From positions 41,178-105,177 of the forward strand of contig JALHQP010000005.1 of the NCBI GenBank assembly GCA_022841885.1: a stretch of 64,000 nt of DNA. The letters run 5' to 3'. The notes under the pieces are model-generated. The model saw only the letters and a list, made by a program, of their open reading frames with translations. It made no database searches and had not been told where the DNA came from. Positions 58,185 to 64,000 of this stretch are shown piece after piece. The position numbers were made by a program, and so were the translations under genes. The DNA comes from Aquincola sp. (GTDB taxonomy: Bacteria; Pseudomonadota; Gammaproteobacteria; Burkholderiales; Burkholderiaceae_C). The number at the start of each line of letters is the position of its first letter. Within the stretch, counting starts at the first letter, position 1.

Positions 58185-59129
58185 TCACGCAGGCAGGAAG
58201 CCGTCGATCGACAGGTAGCGCTCGCCGGTGTCGTAGTTGAATCCGAGCACCCGGGCATCGGGCGGCAGCTCGGGCAGTTTCTTCGCAATTGCCGCCAGCG
58301 TCGCGCCGCTGGAGATGCCCACCAGCATGCCTTCCTCGCGCGCGCAGCGGCGCGCCATCTCGCGTGCCTCCTCGGCGTCGACCTGGATCACGCCGTCGAG
58401 CAGCGCGGTGTGCAGGTTCTTCGGCACGAAGCCGGCACCGATGCCCTGGATCGGGTGCGGCGCCGGCGCTCCGCCGCTGATCACCGGGCTGGCGGCGGGT
58501 TCGACCGCGAACACTTTCAACTGCGGCCAGCACTTCTTGAGCACCATGGCGCAGCCGGTGATGTGACCGCCGGTGCCCACGCCGGTGATCAGTGCGTCCA
58601 GGCCCTCTGGAAAGTCGCGCGCGATCTCTTCGGCCGTGGTGCGCACGTGCACCGCGATGTTGGCCTCGTTCTCGAACTGCTGCGGCATCCAGCCCCCTGG
58701 GGTGGCGGCCAGCAGCTCCTGCGCGCGCGCGATCGAGCCCTTCATGCCTTTCTCGCGCGGCGTCAGCTCGAAGGTCGCACCGTAGGCCAGCATCAGGCGC
58801 CGGCGCTCGACGCTCATGCTGTCGGGCATCACCAGGACCAGCTTGTAGGCCTTCACCGCTGCCACCATCGCCAGGCCGATGCCGGTGTTGCCCGAGGTGG
58901 GCTCGATGATCGTGCCGCCCGCCTTGAGCCGGCCCGAGGCCTCGGCCTCCTCGATCATCGCGAGCGCGATGCGGTCCTTGATCGAGCCGCCGGGGTTGCT
59001 GCGCTCGGACTTGACCCAGACCTCGCGTCCTGCGCCGAACAGGCGGTTGATGCGGATGTGCGGCGTGTCGCCGATGGTGGCAAGGATGTCCTGGGCTCGC
59101 ATGCGGCGCTCCTGCGGTTTGGCGTCCAT
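58185..59129 (-). CDS. cysK: Cysteine synthase (O-acetylserine sulfhydrylase)
   Basis: PLP-lysine motif [39 protein letters not shown]. The start may instead be the ATG at 59102 (MRAQDIL). Confidence 0.85.
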   Translation of the reverse strand: MDAKPQERRMRAQDILATIGDTPHIRINRLFGAGREVWVKSERSNPGGSIKDRIALAMIEEAEASGRLKAGGTIIEPTSGNTGIGLAMVAAVKAYKLVLVMPDSMSVERRRLMLAYGATFELTPREKGMKGSIARAQELLAATPGGWMPQQFENEANIAVHVRTTAEEIARDFPEGLDALITGVGTGGHITGCAMVLKKCWPQLKVFAVEPAASPVISGGAPAPHPIQGIGAGFVPKNLHTALLDGVIQVDAEEAREMARRCAREEGMLVGISSGATLAAIAKKLPELPPDARVLGFNYDTGERYLSIDGFLPA

Positions 59130-59155
59130 CGTAGCGAGCGCCGCGAGGCCCTGCC

Positions 59156-59161
59156 TAGAAT
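59156..59161 (+). promoter_or_regulatory. TAGAAT -10-like box 8 nt upstream of tRNA(CAT)
   Basis: CCTAGAATC context is shared with 23922-23930 and 30501-30509. The spacing fits transcription starting at or just before the mature tRNA 5' end. Confidence 0.4.
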
Positions 59162-59169
59162 CGGCGCGC

Positions 59170-59246
59170 GGGCCGTTAGCTCAGTCGGTTAGAGCAGAGG
59201 ACTCATAATCCTTTGGTCGTTGGTTCGATCCCAACACGGCCTACCA
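59170..59246 (+). tRNA. tRNA with anticodon CAT (elongator Met or lysidine-modified Ile2)
   Basis: GGGCCGTTAGCTCAGTCGGTTAGAGCAGAGGACTCATAATCCTTTGGTCGTTGGTTCGATCCCAACACGGCCTACCA, 77 nt. Cloverleaf with G1-U72, anticodon loop CT-CAT-AA, encoded CCA. Confidence 0.9.
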
Positions 59247-59274
59247 TATGGCGCATAGCGGTCGAGGTGCCCGA

Positions 59275-60087
59275 ATGGATGTTGCGAAGAAGCGCCTGTC
59301 GGTCTACCAGCCGACCCAGCCGGGCTTGCGTTTCCCCGAGCTGCCGAGTTTCGAGACACCCGCCGAGGCTCGACGCCACCTGAAGCAGCGTCTCGCCGCG
59401 GCCTGTCGCGCGTTCGCCCTGCAGGGCTTCGACTACGGCTTTGCCGGCCACCTGACGATCCGCGACCCCGAGCACCCGGAGCTGTACTGGACCAACCCGA
59501 TGTGCGTGCACTTCGGCAACGTCAAGGTCAGCAACCTGATCCTGGTGGACCATGCCGGCAAGGTGGTCGAGGGCGAGTACGCGGTCAATCGCGCGGGCTT
59601 CGTGCTGCACGCGGCGGTGCACGAGGCGCATCCGGAGATCGTGGCGATGTGCCACGCGCACACGCTCTACGGCACGGCCTTCGCCGCGCTCGGGCGCGAA
59701 CTCGAACCGATCACGCAGGACGCCGCGGCCTTCTTCGAGGACCACCGCGTGATCCGCAGCGAGGCAGGCCAGGTGGCTGTCGAGGAGCGCGCGGGCACGA
59801 CGGTGGCCGACCACTTCAAGGGGGTCAAGGCGGTGGTCCACCAGAACCATGGCCTGTTCACCAGCAGCACGCATGGCATCGAGTCGGCAGCGTTCTGGTT
59901 CATCGCGCTCGAGCGCTGCTGCCATCAGCAGCTGCTGGTCGATGCGAGCGGCCGCAAGCCGGTGCTGATTCCCGAGGACCGCAGCCGCTTCAGCCGCGAG
60001 CACGTGGGCAGCGACTACATCGGTTGGCTGCACTTCCAGACCATCTACGACCAACTGGTGCGCACGCAGCCGGACCTGTTCGACTGA
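59275..60087 (+). CDS. Class II aldolase / adducin N-terminal domain family protein
   Basis: Start moved to the ATG at 59275, because the ORF-track ATG at 59248 begins only 2 nt after the tRNA 3' end. Metal-binding His cluster (HAAVHEAHPEIVAMCHAHT) is typical of the family. Confidence 0.85.
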   Translation: MDVAKKRLSVYQPTQPGLRFPELPSFETPAEARRHLKQRLAAACRAFALQGFDYGFAGHLTIRDPEHPELYWTNPMCVHFGNVKVSNLILVDHAGKVVEGEYAVNRAGFVLHAAVHEAHPEIVAMCHAHTLYGTAFAALGRELEPITQDAAAFFEDHRVIRSEAGQVAVEERAGTTVADHFKGVKAVVHQNHGLFTSSTHGIESAAFWFIALERCCHQQLLVDASGRKPVLIPEDRSRFSREHVGSDYIGWLHFQTIYDQLVRTQPDLFD

Positions 60088-60156
60088 GTTCGGGCTTGCC
60101 GCACCGGCGCGCCGGTGCGAGCATGGCGACTCCCACCACCCGAGGAGACACACGCC

Positions 60157-60855
60157 ATGCCCAGCCAAGCTTTCGACGCCGATGCCCTGATCTCGATGTT
60201 CGAGAACGCCAGCACCTCGGGCAGCGCGCGCCTGCAGAAGGCGGTGACCGAGGCGACGCTGGCGGCCCTGCGCGGACGTGAGCTGACGCTGGCCAACATC
60301 CGCTCGTCGCTCGACTCGGTGGCCAAGGCGGTCACGGCCGGTGCGGCGAAGAACCCCCTTGGCGGCGAGTCGGTCGAGGCCATGCTCGACAAGGCGGTGG
60401 CCGGCATGGACGCGGCGCTGGTGAAGGCGGTGCAGGCCAACCAGGCCGCGCTGCGCCAGTTCGCCGACCGCGGCGTGGACCTGCGCGAGAAGCACCTGAA
60501 GAAGGCGCTCGACGACCTCGACAAGTTCGACGACCTGCTGATCGGCGCGGTGAAGAAGGCCGGCGCCGCCGCTGGCCCGCTGGCCGCGCCCTGGCATCAG
60601 GCGATGGAAAAACTGCAGGCCGGTGGCTCGATGTCGGGCCTGTCGGCGGCGAAGACGGTCGAGGAGTTCGCCGAGCAGATGGGCGCGGCGATGAAGTCCT
60701 CGCGCAGCGCCAGCGTGCGAGCGGCGACCGTGCTGGCCGAGAGTTACGCGGCAATGGCCAGCGGCGTGCTGGTCGGCCTGTCGGAGGCGCTGACGGGTAG
60801 TGCGGCCTCGGCGCCTGCGCCGGCCGCCAAGAAGGCTGCGCCGCGCAAGCGCTGA
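60157..60855 (+). CDS. Hypothetical Ala-rich helical protein with basic tail
   Basis: GAGGAG upstream of the ATG at 60157. 232 aa, G/C-rich third positions. Ends AAKKAAPRKR. I recognise no family. Confidence 0.55.
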   Translation: MPSQAFDADALISMFENASTSGSARLQKAVTEATLAALRGRELTLANIRSSLDSVAKAVTAGAAKNPLGGESVEAMLDKAVAGMDAALVKAVQANQAALRQFADRGVDLREKHLKKALDDLDKFDDLLIGAVKKAGAAAGPLAAPWHQAMEKLQAGGSMSGLSAAKTVEEFAEQMGAAMKSSRSASVRAATVLAESYAAMASGVLVGLSEALTGSAASAPAPAAKKAAPRKR

Positions 60856-60862
60856 GGCCTTG

Positions 60863-61855
60863 TCACGCGCCGGCGGCCGCCGGTACGACCTTTTGTTCGA
60901 TCGCGCCGAAGATCGACTGCCCGTCGGCGCCCTTCATCTCGATGCGGATCGTGTCGCCGTACTGCATGAAGGGCGTCTTGGGCGCCCCGTCCTCGATGGT
61001 CTCGATGCAGCGCTTCTCGGCGATGCACGAGTAGCCATGGGTCCAGTCCTTGTTGCTGACCGTGCCCGAGCCGACGATCGAACCGGCGCGCACGTTGCGC
61101 GTCTTGGCGATGTGCGCGATCAGCTGGCCGAAGTGGAAGGTCATCTCCGGGCCGGCGTCGCAATGGCCGACACGCTTGCCGTTCCAGGTGGAGGTCAGCG
61201 GCAGGTGCAGGCGCCCGCCCTGCCAGGCCTCGCCCAGCTCGTCGGGTGTCACCGCCACCGGGCTGAACGCGGTGGCCGGTTTGCTCTGGAAGAAACCGAA
61301 GCCCTTGGCCAGCTCGTTGGGGATCAGGTTGCGCAGGCTCCAGTCGTTCGCCAGCATCAGCAGGCGCACGCCGTCGAGCGCGCGCTCGGGCGAGGCGCCG
61401 TTGGCCACGTCGGCGGTGATGACCGCGATCTCGGCCTCGAAGTCGATGCCCCATTCGGGGTTCGCGAACGGCGCGTCGTCGCAGGGGCCGAGGAAGTCGT
61501 CGCTGCCGCCCTGGTACATCAGCGGGTCGGTGTAGAAGCTGGCGGGCACCTCGGACTTGCGCGCCGCGCGCACCAGCTCCACGTGGTTGATGTAGGCCGA
61601 GCCGTCGGCCCATTGGTAGGCGCGCGGCAGCGGGGCCATGCACAGCTGCGGCACGAACTCGAAGGCATGGCGCGCCTTGCCCTGGTTCAGCGTGACGTAC
61701 AGGTCCTGCAACTGCGGCGACAGGAAGTTCCAGTCGTCGAGCACCTGCTGCAGTCGGGTGGCGATGCCGGTCGCAAAATGCGCCGTCGTGAGATCGCGCG
61801 AAACGACGACCAGCTGGCCGTCGCGCGATCCGTCCTTGAGGGTGGCGAGCTTCAT
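60863..61855 (-). CDS. Fumarylacetoacetate hydrolase family protein
   Basis: Start at MKLATLKDGSRDGQLVVVSRD. 330 aa. FAH-fold motifs (FEAEIAVI, GTVSN). The longer ORF-track N-terminus is rejected. Confidence 0.9.
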   Translation of the reverse strand: MKLATLKDGSRDGQLVVVSRDLTTAHFATGIATRLQQVLDDWNFLSPQLQDLYVTLNQGKARHAFEFVPQLCMAPLPRAYQWADGSAYINHVELVRAARKSEVPASFYTDPLMYQGGSDDFLGPCDDAPFANPEWGIDFEAEIAVITADVANGASPERALDGVRLLMLANDWSLRNLIPNELAKGFGFFQSKPATAFSPVAVTPDELGEAWQGGRLHLPLTSTWNGKRVGHCDAGPEMTFHFGQLIAHIAKTRNVRAGSIVGSGTVSNKDWTHGYSCIAEKRCIETIEDGAPKTPFMQYGDTIRIEMKGADGQSIFGAIEQKVVPAAAGA

Positions 61856-62915
61856 GGTTCCGCGATTGTCGTCCGATCTGCCGTCGCCCGGCCGCCGGCG
61901 CGCGCGCCTGCTCGTGCTGGCCACGCTCGTGGTGCTGGCGCTGCATGGCGCGCTGCTGTTCGGCCTGGCGCCGGCCTGGATCGACCCCGACGACACGCCA
62001 GCGACGCCGCCGCGGCTCGCCGTGCGCAGTGTGGCGGCGACGGTCCCCGCGGCGGTTGAGGCATCGACGCCCGCAACGCCGCCGGCCAGCGCGAGGCCCG
62101 CGCGCACGCCGCGTGCCCCCGCGCCTGCAGCGATCGATGCCCGGCCTGCGGTCGTCGAACCGGTGGCCTCGGCCCCGGAAGCGCTGGCAGTGTCGGTGCC
62201 GGAGCCTGCGCTGCCGCCCGAGGCGGTGGTCGCCGAGTCGGTGAACACCGCCGCGCCGGCGGTCGAGCTGCCGGTCTATGCCACCCGCCTGCCTGCGGCG
62301 GGCCGCTGGCGCTACCAGTTGCAGCGCGGCATCGCCGCGGGCGAGGCCGACCTCGGATGGGCGCCGTCGGACGACGGCCGCTACGAACTGCGGCTCGAAG
62401 GCCGCATCGCCGGCGTCACCGTCCTCGACTGGGTCAGCCGCGGGGCGGTCGACGCGCATGGCCTCGCGCCCGAGCGTTTCGTGATCCGGCGCCGCGGTCG
62501 CGACCACCAGGCCGCCAACTTCCAGCGCGACGCCGGCAAGATCACGTTCTCGGGGCCGACCTACGAACTGCCGCTGCTGCCCGGCGTGCAGGACCGTCTG
62601 GGCTGGCTGCTGCAACTGCCGGCGGTCATCGACGCCGCACCCGAGCGTTTCGGCCCTGGAGCGCGTGTGGTCTTGATGGTGGTGGGCGCGCGCGGTGGTG
62701 CCGAGGTGTGGACATTCAACGTGCTCGGCGTCGACCCCGTGGCCGATACGCCGGCGCTCAAGCTGTTGCGCGAGGCGCGGCGGCCGCGCGACACGCAGGT
62801 CGAGATCTGGCTCGACCCGGCGCGCGGCCACCTGCCGTTGCGGGCGCGCTTGTCGCAGCCCGACGGCGGGCCGCCGCTGGAACTGCAGCTCGACACCCCG
62901 TCAACCGGACCTTGA
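61854..62915 (+). CDS. DUF3108-like protein with N-terminal anchor and Pro/Ala-rich linker
   Basis: ATG at 61854 (or TTG at 61866). RRRARLLVLATLVVLALHGALLF anchor. C-terminal region with GRWRYQLQRG...YELRLEG...FQRDAGKITF, resembling DUF3108. Confidence 0.65.
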   Translation: MVPRLSSDLPSPGRRRARLLVLATLVVLALHGALLFGLAPAWIDPDDTPATPPRLAVRSVAATVPAAVEASTPATPPASARPARTPRAPAPAAIDARPAVVEPVASAPEALAVSVPEPALPPEAVVAESVNTAAPAVELPVYATRLPAAGRWRYQLQRGIAAGEADLGWAPSDDGRYELRLEGRIAGVTVLDWVSRGAVDAHGLAPERFVIRRRGRDHQAANFQRDAGKITFSGPTYELPLLPGVQDRLGWLLQLPAVIDAAPERFGPGARVVLMVVGARGGAEVWTFNVLGVDPVADTPALKLLREARRPRDTQVEIWLDPARGHLPLRARLSQPDGGPPLELQLDTPSTGP

Positions 62916-62963
62916 AGTTCGCGTTGGAGGTCTCAAGTGGGTCCCAGGAGGCCCTTGCAGCCC

Positions 62964-63221
62964 ATGTTGATGCTTTACAACTCGGACAACTTCGCTGTCG
63001 TGCAGTTCGAAACCGACGCAGGCGGTGCCACGCTTGCGCGCGGCGGCTACGAGATCGTCGACAAGTTCGCACGCAAGGAGATCTTCCTCGAGGGCGCGCT
63101 GGCCGAGCAGTTCAAGGCCGGCGTCGACGCGTTGGTCGAGCAAGGACCGACGGAGGAAGAGCTCGACGCCTTCATCGGGCGCTACGGCGCGATGGCGCAG
63201 CAACCCCTGGTGTTGCACTGA
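62964..63221 (+). CDS. Small DUF3567-like protein
   Basis: Start at MLMLYNSDNFAVVQFE, which resembles the N-terminus of this small betaproteobacterial family. The ORF-track start at 62937 is also possible. Confidence 0.6.
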   Translation: MLMLYNSDNFAVVQFETDAGGATLARGGYEIVDKFARKEIFLEGALAEQFKAGVDALVEQGPTEEELDAFIGRYGAMAQQPLVLH

Positions 63222-63307
63222 CAGACTGACGCGCGGCAGGCCTTGCCGCGCCGACAGGGGCGCGCCAAGATCGGCGCACCCGTTTGCCTCGCGGAGGGCC
63301 CCCGCCC

Positions 63308-64000
63308 GTGGTGATCAAGAGCCGTCCTGCCGGTCCCGTCGTGCTGTCGCCCTCGCTGCGCGAGGCGCCGGTGCTCGACCGCATGTGCACGCAGTTCGTG
63401 CTGGCGCTGACGCTGAAGAACGCGGGCCGCTTCAATCTGCGGCGCGACTGGTCCAACCTGCTGGCGCTCACCGGTCGCCATCTCGCCTGGCCGGCCAATG
63501 TGCTGGCACGGCTGCGCGACTTTCTCGCTCGGCGCTGCCAGGGCAACCCGCAATGGACCGGCCACGAGGCCCTGTCCGACGAGGCCTTCATGGCGCGCCA
63601 CGGCGCCTGGCGCGGCCCGTACGAGGAAGGCACGCTCTTCTTCTACATCGACGAGTACGTCAAGGACGCGCCGAAGGACCTGCTGACCATGCTCGGCGCC
63701 ACCTCGGACTGGCTCGAGCGTTCCCTGAAGAAGGAATCGACGCTGGTGCAGAAGAACATCGACGCGCTCGCGGGCCTGCTGCAGCTCAACGCGGCCGAGC
63801 GCGCGCTGCTGCTGTACGGCACGCTCGCGCGCTACCAGCGCGAGCTGCGGGGCCTGCTGGTCGAGTTCAAGGTCGCGAGCGCGCAGGAGGCCTATGCCGC
63901 GATCGCCACGGTGGCCGGCGTGAGCCAGCAGGAAGTGGCCGAAGCGCTGCGCGCCGGCTCGCGCCTGGAGCGCACCGGCATGGTCGAGAACCTGATCTCC
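63308..64000 (+). CDS. Hypothetical protein, 3' end outside window (N-terminal region of a larger protein, possibly an AAA-type ATPase)
   Basis: Absent from the ORF track because it runs off the window end. This reading frame is open from the TGA at 63227-63229 to base 64000. GGAGGG at 63293-63298 precedes the GTG at 63308. Third positions are G/C rich. Translation: VVIKSRPAGPVVLSPSLREAPVLDRMCTQFVLALTLKNAGRF...LERTGMVENLIS. The function call is a weak memory-based guess. Confidence 0.5.
   Translation, partial: MVIKSRPAGPVVLSPSLREAPVLDRMCTQFVLALTLKNAGRFNLRRDWSNLLALTGRHLAWPANVLARLRDFLARRCQGNPQWTGHEALSDEAFMARHGAWRGPYEEGTLFFYIDEYVKDAPKDLLTMLGATSDWLERSLKKESTLVQKNIDALAGLLQLNAAERALLLYGTLARYQRELRGLLVEFKVASAQEAYAAIATVAGVSQQEVAEALRAGSRLERTGMVENLIS

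Overview
Very GC-rich, tightly packed chromosomal segment. Gene content and order look like a betaproteobacterium, Burkholderiales-like (inference from synteny remembered from that group, no search run).

I support about 66 CDS, 2 tRNAs, two families of intergenic palindromic repeats, one clear intrinsic terminator and a few candidate regulatory sites. I saw no rRNA, CRISPR array, transposase, integrase or phage genes.

Gene content in order:
- 3' part of a type IV pilus pilY1 gene, then a TonB_C-like gene
- complete mlaF-E-D-A-C-B operon
- hexR-zwf divergent from tal-pgi-HAD
- M20 amidohydrolase, orphan solute-binding protein, molybdopterin oxidoreductase, lipoprotein aminopeptidase
- lipid-storage cluster: PHA-system protein, acyl-CoA-binding protein, WS/DGAT
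- TetR plus two unknowns, divergent from a yadG/yadH-like ABC-2 exporter, patatin and a ClpP-like protease
- M48 peptidase and LemA
- bolA-murA-hisGDCBHAF-rsmD-coaD-fdx
- pth, rplY, prs, tRNA-Gln, ispE, lolB, TPR protein
- mutM, dynamin-like GTPase, mutY
- Lon-N domain protein, rapZ, recN, nadK
- hrcA, CadC-like/TPR regulator, cysK, tRNA(CAT), aldolase, FAH, DUF3108/DUF3567, and a 3'-truncated ORF

Most of this is ordinary core genome. I cannot point to a convincing new multi-gene system.

Most worth a second look:
1. A co-directional exporter-patatin-ClpP-like unit plus the M48/LemA pair, sitting between yadH and bolA.
2. A dynamin-like GTPase between the two GO-repair glycosylases, with its stop overlapping the mutY start.
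3. An in-frame HisD-GNAT fusion.
4. A long nested-palindrome, MITE/REP-like element present twice, each copy splitting an operon (yadG|yadH and hisB|hisH).
5. A cysteine-rich repeat insertion inside the PilY1 vWA region.

All coordinates I derived myself were cross-checked against the supplied ORF frames. RNA and repeat ends may still be off by 1-2 nt.
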